NCBI GenBank assembly: GCA_964016885.1
Contig: OZ024741.1
Coordinates: forward strand, 60,326,001 to 60,390,000
Length of the DNA stretch: 64,000 nucleotides
From: Eledone cirrhosa
Lineage: Eukaryota
Direction: 5' to 3'
Within the stretch, counting starts at the first letter, position 1. Each line of letters starts with the position of its first letter. The translations under genes and the position numbers were made by a program. The notes under the pieces are model-generated. The model searched no databases and was not told where the DNA came from. It worked only from the letters and a program-made list of their open reading frames with translations. Of this stretch, positions 42,165-55,451 are shown piece by piece.

Positions 42165-42285
42165 ACTGTCCGATATCTTTAGGAATTTTTTTAACACAGC
42201 GTCGGGCTGACACAACACATGTTAATGATATTGCTAAGAAGAAAACTATAATTAAAAGATTTATCATTGGTATTAGCAGCACCAT
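42165..42285 (-). CDS. Candidate first coding exon of a secreted or membrane protein
   Basis: MVLLIPMINLLIIVFFLAISLTCVVSA-RRCVKKIPKDIGQ then phase-1 GTATGT donor; CpG/TCGA-rich unique sequence upstream (42340-42480). Confidence 0.4.
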
Positions 42286-42564
42286 GCTTATTCAGCTTGG
42301 GAATTACATTAATGGTACGTTTGTGTGTGGAATACACAATCACTTCAAACTTAATTTACGTATTGGACGTTCAATCGATCGAACAACTAAATCGATCATC
42401 GTCGAAACCAGGGCATGATTATATCTTCATCAGTTCAATGATTCGAAATCGAACCGCAACCAATCAAACTTTAAGGCGAAACTTTTCTTTCATTACTATC
42501 TTCATATATTTATGAATAAATATATCACAAATCCAACAAAATTATGAAAATGATACTGATACCC

Positions 42565-42698
<134 letters not shown>

Positions 42699-43157
42699 TC
42701 ATGTATACACACTCATGCACACATATCCGTACACACACATCTGTAAAGGCCAACATATGAGTTATTTTTCTGCAGGATATATATTTGTGACAAATGCAAG
42801 TAATTTTCAGAAATATTTTCTTTAGAGTTTGTAATGCCTTTAGTGTTAAAGATTGACACATCACGTCGGCCATGTTTAGAAAGTGTAAATGGCGGCCATA
42901 TTTAGAAATTGTAAATGACGACGATGAGAAAAATATCGATTCATATTTAGAATAACGAGATAGAAAAAAAAGGCTATATTTGGAAGGAATGATTTTATAA
43001 AAAGAAAACATGTGTATGAAATGACTGCAGTGACCAATGAAATGCATTTACAGCTATTATATATTAACAAAAGGGGGTAGATTTTGAACAGTTTCGTATA
43101 ATAACGGAGACACTATTTGTATTCAATGTAATATAAAAACTTTTGTATATCTGTCAT

Positions 43158-43255
<98 letters not shown>

Positions 43256-45554
43256 CAAAAATATATTCTCATTCACATAATATACATATTTTCGTTATTA
43301 TTTGCTGTGACAGGTCAACAAAGAGTGCGTTGCCTAAGGAGTGAATGTTGTTGCATCTCTGCCAATAACAGCTGTTAATTCAATTCCAGGCCTCAGTTAT
43401 ACCGGCAGTTGGTTCTCGTACGTAAATAATAAAAATATATCAAGGCGATTATAATGAATGAATATGTAAGTGGGAGGTATCATCTAATCATACATAGATA
43501 TACCATTGGCTCACCACACATGCATACGTGTGTAGTTATCCCTCTAGATATATATATCTATCGCTCTCTCTATCTATTTGTCTCTATCCATCCTCCTCTT
43601 TCACTCCCTATCTCTAACACACATACACTCACCCATATACACACATTCTCTCTCTCTTCATCATACTCTTTATTCAGCTCATTGTATGGAGACCAGTATA
43701 TAATGCGATCCGAAAATATTGACAGTGTAAATATATAATTATACACGACGTTATTATATAAGAGACTATAAAAAGCAATATCACGTGCCTAAATCTTGTG
43801 CTTTAAACCTTAACTGTCAATACTAATCGATAATGGAATTATATATAATGAGTACAACAGAGGGTCGTACACAACGGTATACTGCATTTAATTATGGTTA
43901 GTTTTCCATAAGGATGAAAAACATGCACAAAACGATATGATGAGAATGGAACCCATGTACTAGTGCAGTGGTTACCAAAGTGCATTTTGACTCCCAGTGC
44001 ACCTTGGAAAAAGTACAAATATTTAATCTCACTTCATACATAAAGTGGAAGATTTATTGAAAAGAGACATTTGTACGCATTAGCAAAGCATAGTGTAAAA
44101 ATATAGATAATTAAAAATGCAGAAAAATAGTTTGTACTTTCGTCTTTACTGAGCCTTTGTAGATGTTACCTATGTTAACATCTACATATTGTATCTATCA
44201 ATACAGTCAACATCTACACAGTGTGCGTCTATAGATCCAGTTAATACTTACACGAGTTGTCTGTCTACATATCAACTCAACATCTATACCAATCCATATT
44301 TAATCACAACACACTTTAAAACAATTAGAATTAATTAAATTATTACATAATTTGGAAAATGTATGCAAAACGCGTATTTACACATATTATTTTTGCAGAA
44401 AGTAGAAATAACGATAACTAAAAATACTAACAAATTATTTTTACTTCCATCGTTATCAATAGATGGAGCAAAGTTATCAATGTATAAACTAGAGCAACAT
44501 GAAATTAAGTGCCACGCTCCAGGGCACAACGCACTGCCGAGAATCATACTCATGATCGTCGGTTGAACACACAAACGAGTAAGCCACGTATTTTCACATA
44601 TATTAGTAATGTTGATATTAATACTACTATTATTACTATAAATTGAATTAGAAAGGCCAAGATTTCCTCCCCTTTTCTTCATTCTTCGAGTATGTTATAT
44701 ACAACAAATAATTCAATGTTTATATTATGTGAGAGATTACTTTGGGTAATAAGATTATAGTATTTCTTGTAAGCGGATTGTTAAAAAAATTTAGAACATT
44801 GGTTGAAGAATAAAGTTGAATTAAGCTTTATTGAAATAAACAAAATTTAATGTATTTTATAAATTTTTTTCCTTTTTTCCGTTCTTGTAAGGTAATTCCT
44901 ATAAAGGAGAAACATGTGGTGTTTTCAAATAATTTTTTGCTATTCAATAAGTACAGTGGATATTCACAAAGAAGAAAAGTGCCAAGATTCACATATTAAT
45001 AGAGGTAATCCTGAAAATTATGGCAAACAATAATTGATCACAAAATTACTCCTTAAATCTCATAGAATTATATTGTGGTTGATCTGTAATGTATTTTAAA
45101 CCAAGTAATCTTCTAATTCATACCATAGTTTCTTTTTCGTTTTCAAGAAGAAAGAAAAGGAAAGGAGCTGTTGTCAGATAAAACCAAAGAAATTACGTTT
45201 CAATTGGTCTTTCCAATGCTAAATGGACGTAATTCGACCGATCGAAAGATTAAGAAGTTCGTTTCGCAATCATAATGTGCCGGATTCGATCCTGCTCTGT
45301 GACATCGTTAGCAAGTATCTTCATATACCTTGTGAGGGAAATTGTGTAGACAGGAAGACTGTCAGATGGACTGTAACTTTAAAACAAATTACCAGTCTTG
45401 TCACTCTGTGTCATACTAAATTTCCATGAGATGCAGGATAAAGTTATCCTTGATGGAATTTGAACAAATATCTATGTATTTAATCCGATGCTGGAAGACT
45501 CAAACAAATTCTCATCTTTAAATGCTTAAGCAAGTTAAACTTCATTTATCTTTA

Positions 45555-46340
45555 TCCCGCCAATGTTAACTTTGCCTTTCATCCTTACGGGGTCGATAAA
45601 ATAAAGTACCAGTAATGTACTGGGATAATTGCTGGCCTTGTGCCTAAAGTAGAAACAATTATTTAACCATTAAAGGGTGGTGGATTGGCAGTATCGGTAG
45701 AGGGTCGGACGCCATGCTTTCCAGCATAGTTACGTCCCTTTACGATCTGAGTTCAAATCCCGCCGAGGTTGACTTTGCCTTTCATCCTTACGGGGTCGAT
45801 AAAATAAAGTACCAGTAATGCACTGGGTAATTGCTGGCCTTGTGCCTAAAGTAGAAATAATTATTTGACTATTATAGGGTGGTAGGTTGGTTGGCAGTAT
45901 CAAGAGAACGCCGGACAATATGCTTTTCGGTGTAGAGTTGCAGCCCTTTACGCTCTTATTTCAAATCCTGCCGAGGTTAGCTTTGCCTTTCATCCTTACG
46001 AGGTAGATAAAATAAAGTACCACTAACGTACTGGGGTCATATTAATCGACTTTCCCCTCCCCCAAAATGGTTTGCCTTGTGCCTAAATCAGAAACCATTA
46101 TTTGAACATTAGAGGGTAGTGTGCTGGCAGTATCGGTAGAGCTTCGGAAAATATGCTTTGTGGTATAGAGTTACACCCCTTTACAGTCTAATTTTAATTC
46201 CCACGATGGTTAACTTTGCCTTTTATCCTTACAAGGTCTACAAAATGAAGTACAAGTAATGTACTGGGTTCGATTTAATCGACTTTCCCCTCCCCAAAAA
46301 TTGTTGGCCTTGTACCTAAATTAGAACCCATTATTTGATA
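45555..46340 (+). repeat. Head-to-tail array of four SINE family A units
   Basis: Units ~45555-45662 (5'-truncated), 45675-45865, 45878-46100, 46112-46340 with similar short linkers. Confidence 0.85.
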
Positions 46341-46379
46341 ATTATATTTCCATTAGAACTAACAGACAAAATACACAGT

Positions 46380-46700
46380 CAGCTGAGACGTCACATACTA
46401 CGACACGTTCCCCGGTGCAAACCTCAGCGTTCTATGCACAAACCCGGACGGCGCCACCTGCAACACAGAAGGACAGAATATAATTACATACCGTGTTGAT
46501 TATCCACTTCCATTGCGAACCAGTTTCTATCGAGACCTCGGTATCCTTCTCAATCCCCGGACTGCCGTTTCCCTCCGAAAAATCGGAAGGCGGGCATCCC
46601 TCCTGAAGAAGAATCCCCGTAAAGAATGGCTGATGATCCGAGTGTTGCTAGATATTTTCACCATCTTGTCCACAGTGTGCAGCTGAAATGCATTAATGTG
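46380..46700 (+). mobile_element. Second CRE-like RLE-domain fragment
   Basis: (W)DVTYYDT ... EPVSIETS ... LRKIGRR motifs, degenerate. Confidence 0.45.
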
Positions 46701-46929
46701 TGTAGAGATTCTTATTCACCTCTTTATTGTTTCTTTTTTTGTTTCCTCCCCGTTTTTTCCTTTTTCTTCCTTCAAGTTTGTAAATATATACAACTGAATG
46801 TGAAATTCGAATCAATAATATCTTATTGCCTTAATAAACAATGTGGTAGCTGATATGTTTTGAAGTTCATTTTCATCGGTAAATGCTATAATTTATCATT
46901 CAGTGCTTCCACATCACACCGTAGTTATT

Positions 46930-47277
46930 TCATTATCATCATCATCATTCCATTTTATGTCCGCTTTTTCCCTGCTTGCAAGGGTGGGACGGGAACTGAT
47001 TCTGGCTTGATTTCTACAGCTGGATGCCCTTCCTAACACCAACTTCATTTACAGTGAGTGCTGGGTGCTTTTTTGCCGTGGCACCTCCACGACCACTTTG
47101 CAGTGGAATGATAGGGATCCCAGTCCCTATCATATCATTTCTACAGCTGAGTAAACTGGAGCAATGTGAAATAAAGTGCCTTGCTCAAGGAAACAACACA
47201 TCACCTGGTCTGAGAATTGAACTCACAACCTTTCGATTGCAAGGCCAATGCTCTAACCACTAAGCCATGTGCCTCCA
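46930..47277 (-). mobile_element. SINE family B copy with a different, (ATG)n-tailed 3' region
   Basis: Minus ggaggcacatggcttagtggttagag head, gtttccttgagcaaggcactttatttcac core. Confidence 0.75.
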
Positions 47278-50059
47278 TATGGATATAAAATCAACGGAAC
47301 GATAAATATTTTTACGGAACGATAAATTTTTACGGAACGATAAATTTTTTAATTGATTCCTAAATTTAGCAAAAATTCTAATAAAAAAGGCACAAAGCTT
47401 GGGTAGGGTGTAATAATTGTTAAGATCAGCCTCACTACACCTAACAAAGACTTCATATTTTACCCTGAAAAGATAGTATGCTCAGTCACTTCACATGAAA
47501 CCGGGATAGGCTATGGATGGCCTAATGTGCCTTTTGGCTCAATAATAATTTAACTTTAATCAGTGTAGATTAATTTTCATTCTCGTCTTTGATATGGATG
47601 GATAACAGATTTGACGTATTCCACATTATCATGGCCTGATCATTGCTTTATATCACTTTTAATACATACTTATAACAATTATTCTCAGATCTCATACCGG
47701 ACTACCATCACATTGCTCACTGAATATAGAATGCGGCTCGATCGTCTGTGCATATATTTTTACTTTCAAGGGTTGAGAGGCCGGAAATAGTTAGCAAATT
47801 GTTTTATTGCGTAGTCTGCACAAGATGTGACACACTTATTTCATTGTTTTGTTTTGATACTTTTTTATGGCTAGAAAGAAATATGCAGTGAAGATCATAC
47901 TTTCAATGTCTCTTTTAATTTCGATGTTTTTCCACCATTGATGGCTTTCAGTCTGACATATCTCCCCTCTGAATGGTATGGCAGGATATTAATCACATAA
48001 TAGTGTCTGTCTGTCTTTTTTTTAGTATATGTTGTAGCGCCATTTTTGTTTTATATTTTGCTTTGTCTCAATCTAAAGGTTTATCTTTAGAGTAGTTGGC
48101 TTCTAGTTTGTATTTCATCATTTACTGATAAAGAGATAAAATTATTTCGGTTTCTTTATGTCCTCGTATTACGCTAATCAGTTATATTTTCTTTACTTGT
48201 AAATATTATTCAAGTCACACTATTGTTACTGTGTCATATAATTCTATTTATTGTCTTCCCTGTATACGGTCTAGGTATATACTATCTATAGTAACTGAAT
48301 GGGCAGTTAAGGTTTAAATATTTTAAATAATATAGGATTTTAAACACACTATAATATGTCATATCTCTATCAGCTTTAAATAGTGACTTCAGAAAAGCGC
48401 TAGAGTGTTTTTAGTTTCTCTAACGTATTCAATTAAAGTCCAAAGACCACCCTGCAAGGAAATGTGGGGGGGGGGGGTCAAAGTTAATGGCAAAGGAAGA
48501 GTGAACAGGTGAAAAGTGAAATAAATTACCTTGCTCAAGTAAAAACGTGTTGCCAGGAATTGAAAAGATGACGTTATGATCGTGGGGCGAACAACCTAAC
48601 CACTAGTTTACGTGTCTCCACATAAAACTACAATAAGAATGACAAAATACATGAAACCTGATTTAAAATGCACTGGAAGTGACGTAAATCTTAAACAGCA
48701 AATTGCTAAAAGGTACAAAAGATCTAACGTTTAAAGCTATACGGATAATATTAAAGTGCTTAAGAGTGATAGATAAAGCGAGAGAGAGGTGAAGACGTTT
48801 AGCAAACCTAAAATGGTTTCGGGCATTAAGATCAAACATAGACTCAAACAACGCCTATTCCATTACAAGAATTAAGTAATAAATGTTGAAAACAGCAGTA
48901 TGGATGAATAAATATAAGAGAAAACGGGAGCATATCGTGTCATATATGTGAGCAATTTTATAGAAAATAGGGAAAAGTTCATTGTTAATTTCTTGGGCAT
49001 AACGTATTGAAAAGACGCAATACATACGTACAGTGTGAGTAACTATGCATGCGTGTTAGACCTCTGTCAATTACGACGACAAGCATTCCAGTTATTTGAT
49101 CAACGAAACAATATACTCGTAAAATTAATGTGCAAGTCTCAGCATTCCTCAGACACGTTTACACTTAATGTAATTTCAAGGAGATTCAGTAAGACAGTGT
49201 GTGACAAGATTTGCTTTTTTTTTTTTTCAATTACAGATACAAATTATATTTTCCCGGATTGCAGCAAAATTAAATGAAATGTTTTGTTCAAAGGCACTCT
49301 GCGCCGTCCTGAATGAAACTCATGACGTTTCAATCGTGAGGCTAAGATGCTCAAACTAAGCCAGGGGCCTTCACAGAACTAGGTATAACAACATTCATAT
49401 ACCACATTACTTCTGCTCTAAACATAAATATGTATCTATCGAAAGTAGTCATGAAAGTTTGCCAAAACAATTTTTCGTCGCCCTCCCTGGTTGATACACA
49501 CCATTACAAATCATAATTTATTTTGTTTGTATTCAGTAACCTTTAATAAAATGTTTATCAATTTCCATATGTTTGAATACAATATTTAGAGTATAAAGCG
49601 AAAACAAATTATATTCTAAAGTTTACTTCATTTATTATCGAAATATCTGATAAAAACAATATAAACATAATATAAACAATCAAACAATAATACAGGGCTG
49701 TAACAAAATCTAGAATCTTCTTTGTATTGTCCATCTCCATGGAGCATTAACTCCTGATGGAGTTATAGGGGCGTCATCGTTATAGCTATTTAAACCTAAC
49801 GGACCCCATCGGTCCCCAGGTATAAACACAACCGATTTCCTTCTAAGGAGAAAGCGGGAGTGAGAAAAAAGATATAGAAAAATAATCTACCCAAGTAATG
49901 GATCGGTACTTGAAAGAATAATAGGCAAAATTGACTTCGGTGGTATCAACATTCAGTGTGCGGAGAGCCGAAACAAATAACATGAAACTTTTATCTGACG
50001 TTCAAATGACTACTAATTCACCGCCAGAAGGTGTAATGAAGAAATAGAAAAACAATTAT

Positions 50060-53000
50060 TTATTTATATTCATACATGGAACAAAAGCGCTATACAGGGC
50101 CCAATATTGACCATATATCCCGAACGTAAGAGGGATTAAATTTCTGACCTAATCGTCTGTTGAGAACGGAGTATGTGAACTCTGGGTTTTTCCTCCCAAA
50201 ATGCATGGTGGTACATTTGTCGACAGCCTGATTCAGTTGCCAGTCTGTGATCCATTGCTGCATTGTGTCCAGGTCTGATTGCAGGAAAGATATATAGTGT
50301 TCAGGATCTGTCCTTTTTATCTTAAGGTACAGCTTGATATCATCTGCATATTTCAGCACTGTGGCATTCTTTGAGTTGGCATCTATGTCATTAACATTCA
50401 ACAAATAAAAGGGGATCAAGAACGAATCCCTGTGGAACACCAGACGACATCTCATATGGTGAAGAATGCTGGCCTAGAACCTTGACTACCTTTTTTCGAC
50501 TGTGAATGAAGGACTTCAACCAGTTAAAAAGATCATCTTTCACACCCATTAGAGAGAGTTTGTCATAGGTCTTTTGTGTGGCACATAATTTAAAGCTTTA
50601 GTAAAGACAAGGTAAACAACACCCACCTATGAGCCACCATCAGTGATCTGGGTGATGTCTTCTAGAAAATCGATAAGTTGATCACAGCAGTTGGAGAAAT
50701 ACAAATTGCGAGAGCCGGATAAGGCTGTGAGAATTCCAGAAGTTCCAGAGTGTTTCTCTGACACAGGATTCAATCAGTTTGGCAATGTAGCTAGTAAGAC
50801 TGACAGGCGACGTGCGGTCACCATTTTTGAACAGTAGAATGACACTGGCATTTTTCCACTGCTCCGGAGTAACACCATTGTTAAGACAGAATTGAAAGAA
50901 GAGTGAAAGCTGGTGCAGAAGAAAGTACCCACTACGTTTGAGAAGCAGGTACGTAACACCATCAAGTCCAAGAGCGGCATAGTTCCGCCTATTCTTAAGG
51001 TGACGTCGCAGCATTGCACCTGCAATTCCATAGTTGTTATAGAATTTGATGTCAGAGGTGGTGGAGATGGTACGTTTTGGTTTTCAACAGTAAAAATGCC
51101 TGCATAGCATTCAGAAATGAGTTCTGCTCATTCTTTGGGATCCTCAGTAATCTGGCTTGTCTTGAGATTGCGAAGCGGACCAAATGGAGAGTGGGGTCTC
51201 TGCTTTGAATGTACATATTTCCAAAAGACCTTACTATCAGGGCTGGTTGCTATGCGCTATTCAAATTCAAGCACTGTCTTTTTTGTCATCTGCTTGAGAT
51301 GGTTGGATGATTTATTGCTCTTTTTTTCCATTGATATGTTATTTATGCAGGTTGTACACACGTTCAGCATTACGACGTTCTTTCCTGGCAAGTAGGACTG
51401 CTGCAGTCTCCCAAATTTCACTTTTGGGACGGTGTTTGTGCTTGCGTCGCATTGATGATGCACATGCTGTCCATATTGAGTTCAGGGTGTTCTGAAGTAT
51501 AGTCTTTACATCTCCAGAGTTGTAAAATTCAAGCCATTTTGGGCGTTGTAGTTTGGTGCAGTAAGAGTTCCAATCTGCTTTATTCCAGTCAAAGCGAGCA
51601 GTTTGGAGATGGTTGTGGTTTTTGTTACTGCCCATCAGAGACAGATTGGCAATGATCATAGCATGATCAGAGTCACCTAAAGGTTCCTCAGTAGTAACAC
51701 TATAACCGTTTCAGGAGTAGTGGTAAAGAGTAGATCTAAAATGTTGTCACCTCTTGTTCGGGAGGTGAGTACTTGCGACCTAGCTCAAGGAAATTATTTG
51801 CACTTGGCGGCCAACGAAAGGTTTCCCAATCAATCTCAGGTTGATTGAAGTCGCCTGCAATAAAAACATAAGTGGCTGTTTTCCCGATAGTAGCTCGGAG
51901 CATATCACAAAGCTGTGTGTCCTGATGGTAATTTGGGGGCAGTAAACAACAAGTAGAATTGTTGACATGGTCATACGTATTGGTCATCGCAGAAAAATAC
52001 TTCTTGTGATTGGTTTAAATCAACGCAAGGAATTGCTGAAAAGTTTGAACGAACGTAGACCATCACGCCATCACTACGACGATTAATACGGTCTTTGTGA
52101 AACAAGTTGTAGCCAGCTATGCTGAAAACCCCATCACAGAGTAAGGAATGGGCCAATGTTTCCATGACTGTAATGAAATCGGGTTCAATACGTTTGACGT
52201 AAGAATCAAAATGATGTATCTTGTTGCATAAACTACGAGCATTTAAGGACAACAATTTGTACTTTGATTTCAGTTTATGAAATTTGTACTTTGATGTCAG
52301 TTAGGCTGAAGCTTTCATTTTGTGCTGAGTTGCGATTTAAGGAAGCTGCAGCACGTAGCTTTGGACGTATATCAGGTCGTAGGCCAGGGCGTATTCAAAA
52401 GGTAATCCGATTTTCAAGCCTAGCTTTATCAGAGGCTAAATGATATGAATATGGCTCAGTAGAGCTTGAAAAAGACACCCTAATTACTCTTACAGAGAGC
52501 ACTCTTCGGGGGAGCACAGACTAGGTCTTTCGATGAGCTAGCAGCAAATGCCTGAAGAACAGCTATGTCTTCTGATACACCAATGGCAATTACTTCATGG
52601 GCAACAAATTCAGCGTATAGATTATGCAAGAGATATCGGGAGATTTGTTAGCAAGGCACTCCTTCTTCAACAGGAATGGTAGCGGAAGCCACGGTCGTCG
52701 GTTTTTGCCGTTGTTCAGCAGCAATGGTAGAGAAAGACATGGTCGTCGGTTTTTGTTTTTGTTCAACAGCAATGGTAGAGGCAGACACAAGGGCCAGGCA
52801 CTGAAAGGAACAATTTGGTAGCTAGACCATTTCCTAGAGTCCATCCATCATAGAAATATCGTGTCTCTTTTTTTTATCTGGGATCTTTCGAAAGTCTCTG
52901 GCACATTGAAGGCAAACAGAAACACGATATTTACCACCGATTTCGGAAGGAGTTCTCGGGTTCTGTACATAGATGACAGACGTGATTTTCTGGGCAATGT

Positions 53001-53150
53001 TCTATTTTGGAACATCGACCAGTTTTATCACGCACTTCATCCATGGATGTGACCATAGCAATTTTGTTCTGTCTATCCACCCATACAGTAGAATAAAATG
53101 TAAACAAATAGATGTGATACGTGAGTTTAGCAGTTTAGCACACTCGTTAA
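50060..53150 (-). mobile_element. Decayed CR1-clade LINE (ORF1 remnant, APE, RT)
   Basis: LSLNARSLCNK, GYNLFHKDR, IAGDFNQPEIDW, SDHAMI, PVSLTS, KYADDIKLY; ~57-bp tandem repeat at 52660-52790. Confidence 0.85.
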
Positions 53151-53852
53151 CGAGATAAATAAAATATTTGTTTTTGTTTCCGTTTTCCTAAGTATTGTGT
53201 GTATGTATAAAAAAGATCTGCGCACGTATATATATTTAAAAGGTGTCTGTGGGCTAGAAATGAAGCCAATGTCCAGTATAATGTACGTTATGATGGTTGC
53301 TATGGTGCTTCTCATACGAAATAGTGTGATTTCTTTTCACTTTGTGTGTATATGCGTGTGTGCTATGTATCTACATATAAATCGGTGTGTATATTGGTGT
53401 TTATAGAATTTGGGGTGTACTTATTGTGAGCCCTACGGGATGTAGTGATTTTTTTGCAATCATATCTACACGTGGTTTGTTGGCAAAAATCAGATTTACT
53501 TCGTTAAAGTGATATTATGTTGAAACTTGTTTTTACTCGTCAGGGAATAGTTGAAAGTAATTGCAATAATGAATTTTGTAATCCATCTGACATGTGTTAA
53601 GAGGGCAGTTTTCGGTGATAATATTATATTTAGATAGGAGAGCCGTTCCTTGCGTCCTTCCTTCTAGATCTGCTCTCTTTCTGATTGAGCACTGTGTCCT
53701 TTTTCCTTTTACACACCTACGGATATTTCTACACGCACACATACAGACAGCCCCCCCCCCCCACCATTTATATATATATATATATATACATATTGTTGTT
53801 CAAAATTTAAATATATATATTTCACTTTAGTATAACAATATATATATATATA

Positions 53853-54152
53853 TTAGGATTGGTGCTCTGAAATAGCGATGTATATATGAATGTATGTATA
53901 GTGTATTTGGCAATATACCGTATGTTTAATTAAAAACATTTTGAAGACCATACGCTATCGGTTTAAAATTAGTGACTATGTCACTTACTTCTTTTCGGCG
54001 AAAGAAGGGAGAGAAGCTAACAGTCTGTTTCACGCTGTTGGCGATCATCAGAGCCACGTACTCCCCGCTTTCGCCGAAAATTATAAAAGCTGGATTCTTA
54101 TAGAATTCCAGTAATAATCAGGAGCTGATTATACAGAACGATTGCCGGTCCA
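53853..54152 (-). mobile_element. Single ~300-bp retrozyme-like monomer, sister subfamily of the 25-kb array, in (TA)n
   Basis: Reverse complement aligns to the 314-bp unit; HHR ggct-CTGATGA-tcgcc aac agcgt-GAAA-cagactg-TT-agct at 54015-54055. Confidence 0.8.
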
Positions 54153-54222
54153 TATATATATATGGAATTTGCGTTACGTTTCACTTTTTCTACCCGCCGA
54201 AATATATATATATAGGTGTATA

Positions 54223-54271
<49 letters not shown>

Positions 54272-54280
54272 ATGTGTATG

Positions 54281-54317
<37 letters not shown>

Positions 54318-54972
54318 AAGTATATATATATATATATTATTTTTATATTCTTTTAATTTCCCCTCATCCTTAACAGCACTTTTCAACTGCATCTAACTTT
54401 TATTTATCATATCTATATGTATTAGTATAATTTTATCAATATAAATATACCCATCAATTAAATTAATTTATATTCTTTTCATAGATGTATTTTTTTCACT
54501 AACATTCTTATCTTAAAACTTTAGTCACCTTAGATATTTGTACTGGCATTACTATTTTATAACAGCAACTGCTTGTATACCTTTTATTGACCACCTGACC
54601 TATTTTCACCCCTAAAATAAGCTTCAATTACTACTATTTTACCATTTGGCCAATTATTATCTTTCTATTGGTTAATTCTAAACCTCTTACCAAACAGACA
54701 GAATATATTAGATCTTTGTTGGTTTTATTCAATGAACAAATAAAATTATTTCTGAGGTCAGCATAAGACCTATTTCTTCCCTAAAATAATCCTTCATTCA
54801 TAATATTCTTTTCCATCCAAAACTGAAATCTACCTTACTCTACCCATAACTTAAGGTTCTTCTACTACTATATTACTATCCTGACCCTCACTATCTCTCT
54901 ATTGGTCAATTCAAAACCTGTTCCCAAACAGACCTATTGTATTGAATCTTTGTTTTTTTCAATAAACAAATA

Positions 54973-55114
54973 TCATTATTTCTGAAGACAGCATATATAT
55001 GTGTAGGTATGTATATTCCCTCTGATAGTTTGTATAAATATTGTACATAGATCTATAGAATATGCATACCAACTCTAACACATATTTATCCTAGAAACGA
55101 TGGTAAAATGATGA
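54973..55114 (+). ncRNA. Long-helix-II hammerhead in the 5' pLTR of PLE-D
   Basis: tcattattt-CTGAAGA-[105 nt]-GAAAC-GATG-GTA-aaatgatga. Confidence 0.7.
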
Positions 55115-55451
55115 ATTTTTTTTAATATAAGGAACTGTTTCTTTGTTTATTCATTATTTTATTAATTTATCTTGACTCTGTTTTCCGTTTATTTTTCACC
55201 GAAAGTAGTTTTTGAATGCATCTTCTCTTTTCATGATATCCGGATTACATTGAGTTCTTCATACGGATTGGACACTACCGTAAACTTTTGGTAGATTTAT
55301 CTACATACTTTGCTCCTATTTTCATGGGGATATTCTTATTTTTATATTGTATGTGTATATATATTTATATATATATACATATATGTGTATAACTTTATAA
55401 CTCCATATACAAATAGTTGAGCTCTTTTTCTTGTCCATTATCCATATCACA

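Noticed and set aside
47295-47350. Three acggaacgataaat repeats
   Set aside because: Short tandem duplication with no unique spacers; not CRISPR.
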